Of a DNA stretch of 64,000 bases, positions 19,701 through 30,015 are shown piece by piece. Within the stretch, counting starts at the first letter, position 1. Each line of letters begins with the position of its first letter. The position numbers and the translations under genes were made by a program. Below the pieces are notes generated by a model that ran no database searches, was not told where the DNA came from, and saw nothing but the letters and a program-made list of their open reading frames with translations. This DNA comes from a virus. The stretch spans positions 3,970-67,969 of the IMG/VR virus record IMGVR_UViG_3300008113_000149; one strand, written 5' to 3'.

Positions 19701-22700
19701 ACTGCTCCTTTGCCGACGACTCAGAACAACATTCAAGGTAGTAGTGCGACTGCAAGTGGAACTCCTAGTTCAAGTGAAACCGATGTCAAAGTAGAAAAGC
19801 GTCAAGGCAACTTAGGAGAGACATTCTACGTAGCAGAGAATAACGGTGCCATCGATGGTCGAGTATCGTACAGATACAACCCAGAGAACGGAGTATTGGA
19901 GGCAAAAGGTTTGACTTCTACGACAGATGAGTTTGTGCCTTTGAATGAAGCAACTCAAAAACACATTGAAACCAAATCGGTGAATAACGGGATTGCCCCA
20001 GCCGAAAAGGTAGAATCTCTGGCAAAGAAAAACTTGGGGATCACCGAAGATCAAACAGAAAACCTGCCTGAGGATAACAATGTTTTGTATCAAACCCCTC
20101 AAAATGAAACAGGGCGTAAAAAGAAAGAACGAGTAGACAAAACAGTGCAAAGTGCAGAGAAACGGTTTAACGCAACTTTGGCACAAAAAGCACAGCGTAT
20201 ATTGGGATTGTTTACTGGCATCGCGGAAAATGTAGATGAAACTGACCCACAGATCAGACAAAAGATGTCTGATTATCGCAATGCGATCGGCAATAAATTG
20301 CGTGTGAACTTGAGTTCATTCTTTAATGATGGTAAGGCTGTAATCACAAATTTGGTTAACAAAAAGATTGGCAAGGTTGCCGATTACACAAATGCATTGT
20401 TACATGACTTTGATAAATCATTTGATGAAGTAATTGATACAGATTTAAATACCAACCAACCTGTAACACGCAGAAAGTCTGGCAATGTAATTGATAAATT
20501 GAAAGAAGGTATTGCTCGCTCTAACTTCTTTAACGAGAAATTACGTCCGTTGGTCGATGCAGGTAAAATGACAGAAGAGGAGGCCATTAATAACTTGATG
20601 GCGGATATGTTGTTGAACAATGTGAGTGTTGTAAAAGACATCTTTGGTAATGACACCCCGGCTTACGAGGCGTTTAAATCCATGCGTAAAGACTTCAATA
20701 ATTACGTAGCAAATAAATACACAGGTTCAAACACGTTTAGTTCCACTGAGAATTTTTTGCAAAATACTATCATGTCAGATAGTACTACCAAGAATAGAAA
20801 AAGTGACTATAAGAAAAAAGCACAGGATGTAGCGGATGCTCAGAATCGACGCAATGAGATTGCGGCTACTTTATCTGATGCTGGACAAGGCGTTGATGTC
20901 GCTCAAGTGGACGGCGTCAGATTCTTAGACAACGAAATTACCGCAAAAGAATACTTAGACAACAACAATGTAGATACAGCAGGTATGACTCCCGATCAAA
21001 TGATTGCGGAAGCAGAAAACCTTGCTAACTCTTCAGTTGACATGGATAAGTATAGACAAGCATTGACTTTGGAAGAAGAAAACCAAGCGGCTAAGAAAAA
21101 GCATGTTGCCCAGTTGAATAGAATGGCAAAAGGAGTATTTGGTATTAAAACCATGAATCCTTTACGTAAACGCAAAATGGCCAAACAAAGACAGGCTATT
21201 GCTGCGGTATCGTATGCTTTGTTGAAGTCTAATGCACATCGCGCGGGCATGAGCATGACAGACTTCATGAAGAATGCCGTAGAGTTCAAAAAGTACACTG
21301 AAGTTGCATTCAATGCTTTGATCCGTCAGAATCAAAATGTAACTACCCTTTACCAAGCAATCAGTAAAGTAGGGGCAGAAAAATTAGGCGCAGACTTTAA
21401 CAAAGCATTTGAACTAGAAGAGCAGGGATATACCCAGGAACAAATTTTACACATGACAGGCTTCACTAAAGATGCTAGTGGTGAGTATGTGTATCAAATT
21501 CCTCAGACAGCGGTACCCAAGGCGTTTGTGTTAGGAGGAACGATGTTCAATCAGATTGTTCAAAAGACGTTACCTAACTTCCCGGCAATTCAAGCCAAGG
21601 TTTCAAAAAAGAAATTCCTACGATTCAATCAAGTAAATCGCGGCACGTATACGATGGCAGATTTGTACGCAAGTCATCCTGTGTTTGATGCCTATCCAGA
21701 TGCTCGCAATGTATCGGTTCAAGTCATCAATAAACCTGGGGCTGATCCATATATGTTTGTGCCAAATGCTTTTTATAAGGAGGGAAAAGGTTCAACTCCC
21801 GGTAAGATTGTAATAAACTCAGCCACTATTTCGCAAGGTACTACAGGTACTGATTTGGAAATGGCAGTTGCTGGTCAGTTTCAGAATGCCATTCAGCACA
21901 TTGAAGGTGTATACAATCGCCCTCAAAAAGATGTATTCGTAAATCCAAACTCAGTAAGAACGGCAATAAATACTTTGCGTTTAAATGAAGAGGCTACTAG
22001 TGATGATGTAGAGTTTATAAACTCTATGTTGGATGCGTTCCAGAATGCAAGTATTTTCCAGTTCAGTTCTTACCGCAACGCGTTTGCAGATATCGCCAAC
22101 GTGTTAATTGGTTATAATTTGACTAGCGATAATGCATTGGATGTGAATGATGAGTATTCAGCGATCTCTTTGCTAGGGCAAAAATATGGCTTGAATGATT
22201 CTGAAACCCTAGAATTAAAATCACAGTTTGCTAACGCAATTGGCAAACTTCAAGCGGTTGAAAACGAGACTTCATCGGCTGCCAATAAAACAAACAACGT
22301 CATGAGACTTTGTTTGACTTTGTCGGGTTTAAACGAGAGTCAGTTGAACAACTCTGAGTTGTCGGTAAAAGAGGCAATGAATTTGCTTGAGGCTAAGTCA
22401 TCTTTGACAAACGCAATCTTCAAAAATTTGTTTGAGGGGCCTCAGAGCCTAACTCAAGTGGAGAAAGACTTACTCGCTAAAAACCAGGAGCAAGTATCTC
22501 AAATCAATCCAAGTCCAAAATTAGAAGCGGCATTCAATCAAATTCTAGATGGCTATGCAGATTTCGCGGATGCCTTCAAAGATGTAGAACCTTACATGCA
22601 ATACTTGGATGAAAATGGCAAAGCCAAGTTGAAAGGTTTAATGGATTTGGCGGAGAGATTAAAAAACAATCCATTCAAGATTTTCGAAGCAGGGGATTTG

Positions 22701-25700
22701 GTAGCAGCAGTTGATAAAATCACGGCGGATTTAGATGCTCAAGTGACTGATTTGTACAACGCTGGAAACTACGATAAGGCGGAACGAATTCAAGAAGTCA
22801 TTGATAAAACACATGACGCAAGTGACAGTTTACACCAAATCCTACAAAACGCAAATGAATTGACATCTGCTGTTTCATTCGGAGATCAGTTGGTAACTTC
22901 TCAGTTCGCAAATCAAGAATCATTTTACAGAGCATTCCCGGGTATCGACAGTGTTGAGAATGGAATTTTTGATCCTTACAAACCAGTATCTGAGTTTTCA
23001 GAAAGCGAGTTGAAAGGCTTACTAGTTCCGAACTACATGTCTGAGGCAGACTTTACTAAGAAGTACGAAGCCTTTAAAGTAAACCCAAGTGCATTTAAAG
23101 GAAGTGTAGCGGATAATTTTATTGGCAAGAAAGAACTCGATACCGCCGCTAAAAACAAAGCGTTAGTATCAGCAAAGATTCAAGAGTCAATTGCTCGCAA
23201 CATAGGTACTAGATTTTATAATAACATCGATAAAGCGTATGGAAGTTTGATGGTTGATCCTAACCCCAGCGTAAACAAAGTACAAAACACAGTTGATGCG
23301 TGGGATACATTATTGAAAAAGTATGGTGCCAAGCAGTACGAGTTGAACTACATGAATTGGAATACGTTCAAAAATGACAACGCGGTAGACGGTAAATTGA
23401 CAGCGGCCCAAGTTCAAAACTGGATCAATAGTAACAGAGTAAACCTTGCAGTATTCGACCCTAGCCAAATTGAAACCCAAACTCAAGTTAAAGATGTTTA
23501 CGTATACAGAAAGTCAGAAAGCGATCCTTACTTGGCAACTGGTATACTTGAGTCAGGTGAGTACTTTGAAATTGAAGTAACCCCTGCGGTAATTGAAAAA
23601 CTCAGAGAAGAGTTGAGCATCACCGTAGATAAAACCTCACAGGAGTATAAAACTTACAAAGAAGCATTCGATAAACTTGACGCGATTGGAACTGTAAACC
23701 CTGATGTGCCATCAATGAAGCAAGCATTAAAATTAGTACTTAATGCTCGGGTGCGTGCTCTTCAAAATAACTATGCGGCAAGTGGAGATGTTGTTCCGAA
23801 TATTATTAATAAGTGGGAAAGTTATAGTATCTACTCGACCAATTTGCAGTTGTCTGGTAAACCATTCCAAAAGAAAAGTTACCATGAGTTGTTAATTTCA
23901 TATCCGAATCGTTCAGTTGCTAAAGCCAATGACGCGAAAGAAGAGTTATTGAAAACTATGAACCGACTCCAGGAACTTGACAAACAAAGGACGGCTCAGA
24001 ATGCGGCGCAGACGGATAGTGAAATTCTAACTCTTAAAAATAAAATTGACGAGTTGAATACCGCTATGGATATCCCAAATAACTATAGCGATAATACTGC
24101 AACACAAAAAAATCACTTTGCTGACCCTAATGTTCAAGTTCACGCAAGGGTAAATATTCAAGTAGATGACCAAGGCAACCCTTTGCTTTTTATAAACGAG
24201 ATACAATCTGATCTCGCACAAAACATTCGTAAAGAAAGCAGTTATCTAATTAACAAAAAAATTGCAGAGATTGTTTTGGGGCGTACGTTGAGTGATACGT
24301 CTGGCAACCCCATGAATGACGCTTTCGTTCAAATTGGAATAAATGAAATAGAGATTGCAGCATGGAGAGATAATAACCCCGCAGAGTATGCTAAAATTAC
24401 TGAACAAGTAAAAGAAGACTTCAAAGATTATAGTCCAATTGATCCTAACCAAATTACCCTATTGGGATTGAAACACGCGATCAATTTTGCTATTGAAAAT
24501 GGGATTAGTAAAATTCAAATGAACCGCCCACAGTTTGCAGGACCGTCCGTGTTTGCAATTACATATAGGCAGTCAAAAGGATTGGAAGACAACTACACTA
24601 AAAAAATTCCAGGGTTAATTAATAAACTCCAAAAGGATTTGAAGTTTACGGTTTCAGAAGCCCCCAATGGAAGTATTACCCCATACACATTTGCGGATAT
24701 TCCAAGTGATCAAGATTTGGCTCAACATGCGTCAGTACTAGAAAATGATTTTGCAGATAAATTAGCAAGAGACCCCAACAATAAGGAATGGATTGCTTAC
24801 ATTCTTAAAAACGAGTATGGGTTTAATGATTTTGAAGTAAGTCAGTTTGACGTAAATTCAATAAATGGTTTTCGTGATCTTGCTCAAACACAATTAGATT
24901 GGGTAAATAATGTAATAATGCAATTGACTGATTCTACAACAGCAGAAGAAGTCATTAGTGCTTTTGGAGAAGACTTTAAAAACACCTTCGGCAAAGAATT
25001 GACCACCGCCGATGCTGAAGAATTGTTATCTGATCCTTACGTATTTACAAACCGAAACGTATTGAAAATAATGTATAGCAACAATGCTAACTTTATTACA
25101 ATCAACCTTACAGAAGAATCCAAAGATATTGTTGCTGCTGGTATGGCATTGTTTCAACAGGATCAAGCAGGTGCCCATGGTGCCACAGTATTCCAAGAGC
25201 ATGGTCCGACCATTATTGCAGCGTTGACAGATGCCAACTTCTCTACTCCTTTACATGAATTGGCTCACCTTCGTGAGAAGTACATGACCCCCGAAGAGAG
25301 ATTGATTGTTATGGAAGCCGCTGGACATGACACTTGGACCAGAGAAACATCTGAGTATTTTGCCCGAGGATTTGAAAAGTATTTGTACGAAGGCATTGCA
25401 CCAAGTTCTAAACTTGCCAAGGCATTTGAGAACATGCGTAAGTGGATGTTGCAGGTTTACGGAGCAATAAAGGGTTCGGATATCGATATTGCATTGACTC
25501 CAGAAATGCGTAGAATCTACGACGCGATGTTGGGGCAGGCCAAAACAACTGCTGTAGCAAACAAAATCGATGTAGACAAATCAATCTACGACGAAATTGC
25601 TGTTTTCGCGGATGAAATTAAAGCGAACCCAGAGTTTGCTGGTATTACTGACGGAGAAATGTACAGTGCTCTTTTGAAAAAAGGATTTGACCCAGTTGAT

Positions 25701-28700
25701 TTACAGGATTATTTCGCGTTGCGTTCTCGTAAGAACGTACAGGCTCAGATGGAAAACAAAGGTCAGTTCCGTGATGAGGCCAATACCATTCAGAACGAGC
25801 AGGAAGCGATGCGTACTATTCGTGATGAAAAGGCTTTGACCGAAGAAATCGAGAACATTGACCCTGTTGATTTGCCACACATGTTGGAAGCGTTAGAGGA
25901 TGTGGTGTCAGATGGTGACGTACCATTTGCCATCCTAATCCGTGATTTGCTTCAGATGAAAGCCAACAACGCAGATCCACAGCAAATCAAAGAGCAGTAC
26001 GCAAAGATTCTTAAGATAGGCACAGGTGTAGGACGTATGCTACAAATGATGCGTCAGTTGAATGGCGAATCTATCGAGATGAATGCTCGAGGCTTATTTA
26101 AGAAAGCAGAAAGAGATGGTAAGGTAATTCCAGAAGGAAGCAAGTCTAAAATCTTGGCGTTGGCTCAACAACTTGACCAGTTAAAAGAAAAATTAAAGAG
26201 TGCTCGTGAGGCGGCTGCAACAAACCCCTTGGGTATTTCTAAGAACGATCCGACCAAAAACAACATCGAGTACTTCAAGTCTGTACAAGAAGAGTACAAA
26301 ACATTGGTAGAATCTTACGTAAGTGAACGTATGCCATTTGAAGGTACTTCATCATTGACAGATTTGTACCGCTCGTTGGTGAAGGGGGGGTTGATGACTC
26401 CTTCGTCGTTCTCTGTGAATACACTTTCGAACGTAACTAAGTTCTTTACCAACTTCGTAGTTGACCCATTCATTAGCCGCCCGATCAGTTTTGTAAGAAG
26501 TAAACTGACAGGCGAAGAGCAAGCGACCAAAAAAGGTTTGCGTGATGCTTTGCGTGGGGTGAAATACGGATTCCCAAGTGGATTCAAACGTGCTTGGAAA
26601 ATCTTGAAGAACGGAAGTGTCATCGAAGCCTATGATAATCCAGGAGCATTTGTTCAGTCGTTCAACTCGTTTAAGTCATTTGCCAACACAGTGGGTATGG
26701 TTGTTTCATTGGGACAACGTAAACTTGGCTTTAATGATTTGAGTAACGACGAAATTGCTAGTATCTACAAGATTAAACTTGACCAAGAGACAGGCAAAAT
26801 CAGCACCAAGGATAGCATTAAGAAAGCAATCGAAGGTTCGTTTGGTATTATTCCAGATGTGGTATTCAGAATCATGGGTGCTACGGATGCGGTCTTCAGA
26901 GACTATGCTTACTACAGTACGGTGGCCGAGCAGTTCAAAAACCAAGCGGATAACAAGCGTATTGAAACTCAGTTGAAAGATGCTTCTATCCCGGCCGATG
27001 AAAAAGCAAGGTTGCAAAAAGAACAACGTGCTTTGAGAAAAGCGTATATGCTTTTGAATAGTGACTACGGAAACGATGTGGCCAATGCTGATGCTATGCG
27101 GTTCGTATACACCGTGGACAACGATGTGACCAAAGCAATCGCCGGGATTCAAAAAGGATTATCTTCAACTGAAAAAGCAACTGGGTCTTTCTTACCTAAG
27201 GTATTGAAAGTATTGGGTACAGGTGTAGTTCCATTCACAAAAATTCCTACGAACTATGCGGTGGAATTGATGGAATTCTTGATCCCAGAATACGCGTTGT
27301 TTAAAGTTGGAGTTCAAGGCAAGAAGCGTCTTACACGTATGCTCAAGGGCGATACTCGTACGGCTGAAGAAATTGAATCAGAAACTTTCAAGTCTAACCG
27401 TGAGATGGACAGAATCTTGGGTCGCGCGATTGCCGGGGCTACTATTCAGTATGTGGCAGGTGCAATTGCTCAGAGCGGCGCGGTGTCAGGATCTCCAGAT
27501 GACGAGGAAAACAAAGGCAAAGCACGTACCTTAGCGTACAAATTCGAACGCCCTTATTCTATCAACATTACATTGTTGAAAGCCTTCTTTAATGGAGAGC
27601 GTCAAGATGGTTTGTGGGATCCAGAAAATGATTTGATTGTTGACTATCGTTCATTTGGCTTGTTCGGTGCTTCTTTGTATTTGCAGAACAAATTTTCTAA
27701 GGAAAGCGGTAAAGAGCCAAACACAGAATTCGCAAACCGTGGTGTATTGGAAAAGGCTAACAGCATGTTCTTTGGTAACTTTGGAGACGCGGGGGAATAT
27801 ATTCTTGATCAAACTTTCGTGAGAGGTATTAATTCATTCGCCAAAATCCTTACCGAAACTGACGAAGATAAGTTGGCATCTTCTTTGGCTGACTTTACTA
27901 TCACATTGACTGCGGGTATCTTGCCAAACACATTGAGTTTCATCGACAAGATGAACCGCAAGTATATGGTAGATTACGATGCCAAAGAGGCTCCGTCATT
28001 CAAGGCGTTTGGTATGGAAGTAGAAAGCACATTCGCAACAACTTACTGGACCAAAATGGCAATCAAGTTGTCAGAAAGATGGCCTATGGGAGATCCCACT
28101 AAATTTGTGGACTTGCCATTTGTTGAGTCTCAGTTCAATGAGATTCCTGTAAAGGTTGACCCATTTGGTATACCAGTGCTTCAAACACCAGAAGGGAGTG
28201 TAATGGGCAAATTCCTTTACAACACTTTTGATGTGACCAAGGCAACTAGAGGTATTGCAGGATATGATGTACCCGATTGGGAAGCGTTGGTATACTACGC
28301 TACTAAAAAAGGTGAATTTTGGGATGCGATTCCAAGTCTGCCCCCACGCACTTTGATTGATGAGCGCGGAGTAAAATACAAGTTGAATCCAAACGAATAC
28401 AACAACTATGTAATGTTCAATGCTCTGAAGCGTCGGGAGTTGGTAGAAAAAGCCTTGATTAAAAATGGCGTTTACAAAAGGTTCATCGACATGGAGTCTG
28501 AATTGAACATGGATCAAATTAACAAAACGCCTAAGACAGGAAAGGGCAATGTGTTGTTTGGTTATGAGCAACTTGGGGCGGTGTTGAGTACCGTTTACGC
28601 AGCGGCAGATAAAGCCTGTACGTTGGCTTACTTTGATTTGATTAGTGCTGAGCGTGAGAAAATGCGTAAAGACCAACCCGATAAGTACAAAAAGTTGATT

Positions 28701-29102
28701 GACGATGAATCTAGATCGGTTTACGGCAAGGCAATCAGTGATAAAATTTATGGAGGTTTGGATGAATCATCAGCAACTGACAACTACAAAGCAACTGCTG
28801 TGCGACGTGTGAACAACGGAAAGGTTTCTTACCCATATAAAATTGACGAACAATCCGTGTGGACCAATATTACACAGGAAGAAATTTCCAAATATGTGAC
28901 TGGCACCATGAAAGATTTGCGTAATTTTACGGTGAAAAATCCTATTGTTCCCAAGACAAACACAGTTACTTTGAAAGATGGTACTCAGATGGTGGTAGAA
29001 ACGCCAATCGCAAAACCAACAGTAAAGGCTGGGGCGTCAGAACAAAAGGGTGGAGGTAAGCAAGTTACACTATCTGATGGCACAGTAATGATAATTGACT
29101 AA
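16767..29102 (+). CDS. giant virion-associated polyvalent protein (LPD23-like domain, EIQSD domain, zincin metallopeptidase)
   Basis: 4111 aa. LPD23-like TGFTKDASGEYVYQI...HPVFDAYP; HF..PN..VHAR...LFINEIQSD; ANFSTPLHELAH...EYFARGFEKYLYEG.APS. Confidence 0.7.
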   Translation: MPEDKKPTPSAQTPKPKIGPLGKGPEDPNMVQPPKQGFVSAPTVKKPIGKEGIKVINKAAAQVSQDFGPMTKVDDLEQLQATREKEIELAKEQGYNIQNLFNTSKNNFGKVRIGNEDIASPADLLIALEDRNKKELFYFDNRNNLVNNFNIYTLDDLDAKVSGGLTTTEKSNLKPLPEKTIFDYTEVKAPGFGQPGYRPQTDPMAGSQLDPQNKFELGQKNYSAIQTFKKVVANGLNITADGTKLNSYQDYFTYLADPQHRDAYGRKYNKQLSNSELESASKILKDSQILLDSASTVALDAKKEQLVNDIRINTADDHISTTLLGKTATVYDEDVENPKSIPQLTEDDLGRLIWEHENGNEITLSVVNNDKNLRGKTEYTYKDLTNYFSKVGLTSDEIDTRFAQYKQNYIYNQANGNLETKRKQAGFFKNENGQLISRYDQTKEQRARTEMSDVDNQIADLYDELRGIYESRRAGASEIDKKAYGPTISKSMFASTPTLGLDGQQIKRINAINSSIAKLKQQAGYNAPEFFDPSGKRIDQPEQLQKVTQTYNQTLEEDKTSDIVFLKQKRNVLYEQLDALKEKIDKVKSVTSKVEVTAPEGFESDNTAYFVKLYQSFTGVLGQLGQPQSQGQLNNQAYLGKMLDQYGELSARIKAVNKLIYTNTDLTKQAEDGWVKTFGKTAVKQVAETFTGDVYNTVNDEIEQTANFLSENGYYVSPDIKEKLTTIYENKTIGEGFLESLKIGIEMSGYSRGGAAELKNIFTGQKALVLRSYMMSRYGQPGAAAFNLMESAVVKYGVPIFSWEAAGQSGSGAVAEQVGTQIYDKLTGVMKFGQLIPSNIFGRLMYTAGRTLFGTGGQMTEETFSNTWAVMQENGFDIIDATKRAYGDTEDERLLNLRATATLCFTMSALNLENVDLVLKTAQNFEAHLNSLSTPPSAVDTEILRMLNETIKHSGWDETKTPQVVQAAGTTMSGDVPVTAPLPTTQNNIQGSSATASGTPSSSETDVKVEKRQGNLGETFYVAENNGAIDGRVSYRYNPENGVLEAKGLTSTTDEFVPLNEATQKHIETKSVNNGIAPAEKVESLAKKNLGITEDQTENLPEDNNVLYQTPQNETGRKKKERVDKTVQSAEKRFNATLAQKAQRILGLFTGIAENVDETDPQIRQKMSDYRNAIGNKLRVNLSSFFNDGKAVITNLVNKKIGKVADYTNALLHDFDKSFDEVIDTDLNTNQPVTRRKSGNVIDKLKEGIARSNFFNEKLRPLVDAGKMTEEEAINNLMADMLLNNVSVVKDIFGNDTPAYEAFKSMRKDFNNYVANKYTGSNTFSSTENFLQNTIMSDSTTKNRKSDYKKKAQDVADAQNRRNEIAATLSDAGQGVDVAQVDGVRFLDNEITAKEYLDNNNVDTAGMTPDQMIAEAENLANSSVDMDKYRQALTLEEENQAAKKKHVAQLNRMAKGVFGIKTMNPLRKRKMAKQRQAIAAVSYALLKSNAHRAGMSMTDFMKNAVEFKKYTEVAFNALIRQNQNVTTLYQAISKVGAEKLGADFNKAFELEEQGYTQEQILHMTGFTKDASGEYVYQIPQTAVPKAFVLGGTMFNQIVQKTLPNFPAIQAKVSKKKFLRFNQVNRGTYTMADLYASHPVFDAYPDARNVSVQVINKPGADPYMFVPNAFYKEGKGSTPGKIVINSATISQGTTGTDLEMAVAGQFQNAIQHIEGVYNRPQKDVFVNPNSVRTAINTLRLNEEATSDDVEFINSMLDAFQNASIFQFSSYRNAFADIANVLIGYNLTSDNALDVNDEYSAISLLGQKYGLNDSETLELKSQFANAIGKLQAVENETSSAANKTNNVMRLCLTLSGLNESQLNNSELSVKEAMNLLEAKSSLTNAIFKNLFEGPQSLTQVEKDLLAKNQEQVSQINPSPKLEAAFNQILDGYADFADAFKDVEPYMQYLDENGKAKLKGLMDLAERLKNNPFKIFEAGDLVAAVDKITADLDAQVTDLYNAGNYDKAERIQEVIDKTHDASDSLHQILQNANELTSAVSFGDQLVTSQFANQESFYRAFPGIDSVENGIFDPYKPVSEFSESELKGLLVPNYMSEADFTKKYEAFKVNPSAFKGSVADNFIGKKELDTAAKNKALVSAKIQESIARNIGTRFYNNIDKAYGSLMVDPNPSVNKVQNTVDAWDTLLKKYGAKQYELNYMNWNTFKNDNAVDGKLTAAQVQNWINSNRVNLAVFDPSQIETQTQVKDVYVYRKSESDPYLATGILESGEYFEIEVTPAVIEKLREELSITVDKTSQEYKTYKEAFDKLDAIGTVNPDVPSMKQALKLVLNARVRALQNNYAASGDVVPNIINKWESYSIYSTNLQLSGKPFQKKSYHELLISYPNRSVAKANDAKEELLKTMNRLQELDKQRTAQNAAQTDSEILTLKNKIDELNTAMDIPNNYSDNTATQKNHFADPNVQVHARVNIQVDDQGNPLLFINEIQSDLAQNIRKESSYLINKKIAEIVLGRTLSDTSGNPMNDAFVQIGINEIEIAAWRDNNPAEYAKITEQVKEDFKDYSPIDPNQITLLGLKHAINFAIENGISKIQMNRPQFAGPSVFAITYRQSKGLEDNYTKKIPGLINKLQKDLKFTVSEAPNGSITPYTFADIPSDQDLAQHASVLENDFADKLARDPNNKEWIAYILKNEYGFNDFEVSQFDVNSINGFRDLAQTQLDWVNNVIMQLTDSTTAEEVISAFGEDFKNTFGKELTTADAEELLSDPYVFTNRNVLKIMYSNNANFITINLTEESKDIVAAGMALFQQDQAGAHGATVFQEHGPTIIAALTDANFSTPLHELAHLREKYMTPEERLIVMEAAGHDTWTRETSEYFARGFEKYLYEGIAPSSKLAKAFENMRKWMLQVYGAIKGSDIDIALTPEMRRIYDAMLGQAKTTAVANKIDVDKSIYDEIAVFADEIKANPEFAGITDGEMYSALLKKGFDPVDLQDYFALRSRKNVQAQMENKGQFRDEANTIQNEQEAMRTIRDEKALTEEIENIDPVDLPHMLEALEDVVSDGDVPFAILIRDLLQMKANNADPQQIKEQYAKILKIGTGVGRMLQMMRQLNGESIEMNARGLFKKAERDGKVIPEGSKSKILALAQQLDQLKEKLKSAREAAATNPLGISKNDPTKNNIEYFKSVQEEYKTLVESYVSERMPFEGTSSLTDLYRSLVKGGLMTPSSFSVNTLSNVTKFFTNFVVDPFISRPISFVRSKLTGEEQATKKGLRDALRGVKYGFPSGFKRAWKILKNGSVIEAYDNPGAFVQSFNSFKSFANTVGMVVSLGQRKLGFNDLSNDEIASIYKIKLDQETGKISTKDSIKKAIEGSFGIIPDVVFRIMGATDAVFRDYAYYSTVAEQFKNQADNKRIETQLKDASIPADEKARLQKEQRALRKAYMLLNSDYGNDVANADAMRFVYTVDNDVTKAIAGIQKGLSSTEKATGSFLPKVLKVLGTGVVPFTKIPTNYAVELMEFLIPEYALFKVGVQGKKRLTRMLKGDTRTAEEIESETFKSNREMDRILGRAIAGATIQYVAGAIAQSGAVSGSPDDEENKGKARTLAYKFERPYSINITLLKAFFNGERQDGLWDPENDLIVDYRSFGLFGASLYLQNKFSKESGKEPNTEFANRGVLEKANSMFFGNFGDAGEYILDQTFVRGINSFAKILTETDEDKLASSLADFTITLTAGILPNTLSFIDKMNRKYMVDYDAKEAPSFKAFGMEVESTFATTYWTKMAIKLSERWPMGDPTKFVDLPFVESQFNEIPVKVDPFGIPVLQTPEGSVMGKFLYNTFDVTKATRGIAGYDVPDWEALVYYATKKGEFWDAIPSLPPRTLIDERGVKYKLNPNEYNNYVMFNALKRRELVEKALIKNGVYKRFIDMESELNMDQINKTPKTGKGNVLFGYEQLGAVLSTVYAAADKACTLAYFDLISAEREKMRKDQPDKYKKLIDDESRSVYGKAISDKIYGGLDESSATDNYKATAVRRVNNGKVSYPYKIDEQSVWTNITQEEISKYVTGTMKDLRNFTVKNPIVPKTNTVTLKDGTQMVVETPIAKPTVKAGASEQKGGGKQVTLSDGTVMIID

Positions 29103-29139
29103 TGTTTGAAATAATAATTAAATAAAGTATCTTTGATCT

Positions 29140-29691
29140 ATGCCTTTAACTATTAACACCGCTTCATACAACACCAAAACTGGCATGTATGTTACCGAGA
29201 CAACTGGTGATTATAATGCTGTAACTAACCCAGGTGGGTTTGGGGCTCCAAACCCTACCCGTGCGAATGTTACATCGATCATATTTGTAATCACTCAGCC
29301 AGACGGCTCGGTTGTAACGATGGATGTACCATCTACTTTTGTTACAGGGCCATCGTATGCGTATGATGTTGTAAACACCGCAAGTGGCGAGGAAGCCACT
29401 TTGATGGATGGCGTGTATAGTGTTTTGACAACTTACACGGCTTCAGTTGGAGGTCCATATACAACTACTGAGTACATCTTAAGGGATTACGATTTGCGTT
29501 GTGCGATGGGGGCATTGGCATTGAAAGACATGAAAGGCACCGAGTATCAGCAATTAAAGTTAGCATATGATAGAATGGCACAAGCATTTGCGTGTGAAGA
29601 TTATACTTTGACTCAAGAGTTGATGGATGATGCCAATGCATTGCTTGATGATTGTAACGGAACATATTTCAACTGCGGTTGCGGTTGCTAA
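29140..29691 (+). CDS. tail collar/hub-like structural protein with a Cys-rich C-terminus
   Basis: TTGDYNAVTNPGGFGAPNP and a terminal CGCGC; has its own promoter (TTTG 29105, TATCTTTG 29128). Confidence 0.5.
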   Translation: MPLTINTASYNTKTGMYVTETTGDYNAVTNPGGFGAPNPTRANVTSIIFVITQPDGSVVTMDVPSTFVTGPSYAYDVVNTASGEEATLMDGVYSVLTTYTASVGGPYTTTEYILRDYDLRCAMGALALKDMKGTEYQQLKLAYDRMAQAFACEDYTLTQELMDDANALLDDCNGTYFNCGCGC

Positions 29692-29701
29692 TTAAATCAA
29701 A

Positions 29702-30010
29702 ATGACAACGACTGAAGTTGGAAAAGCATTTTTGGGTCTCAGAAAATACTTCTGTGAAATTCAAACCAAGCGTTTAACTGCATTGCAGTATGATATCGCA
29801 TGTGAGGGAGTAGAAGATTTGGAACAAAAACTTCTGTACTACATGTTTGTGTTTGAAAGTTTAGATTGTTTTACTGAGGACGAATTAGAAGTCGTAGTAA
29901 GTAGAGCCAAAAGAGTAAGTGCAAATTGTGGATCATGTTCAGTTTCAGATGCTGAGATTGCAGCGTGGTTATTAACCGCAGAGGGAATATACATTACAGG
30001 TAAAATATAA
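29702..30010 (+). CDS. hypothetical structural protein (Cys-containing)
   Basis: 102-aa ORF in the tail block. Confidence 0.6.
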   Translation: MTTTEVGKAFLGLRKYFCEIQTKRLTALQYDIACEGVEDLEQKLLYYMFVFESLDCFTEDELEVVVSRAKRVSANCGSCSVSDAEIAAWLLTAEGIYITGKI

Positions 30011-30015
30011 TAATT

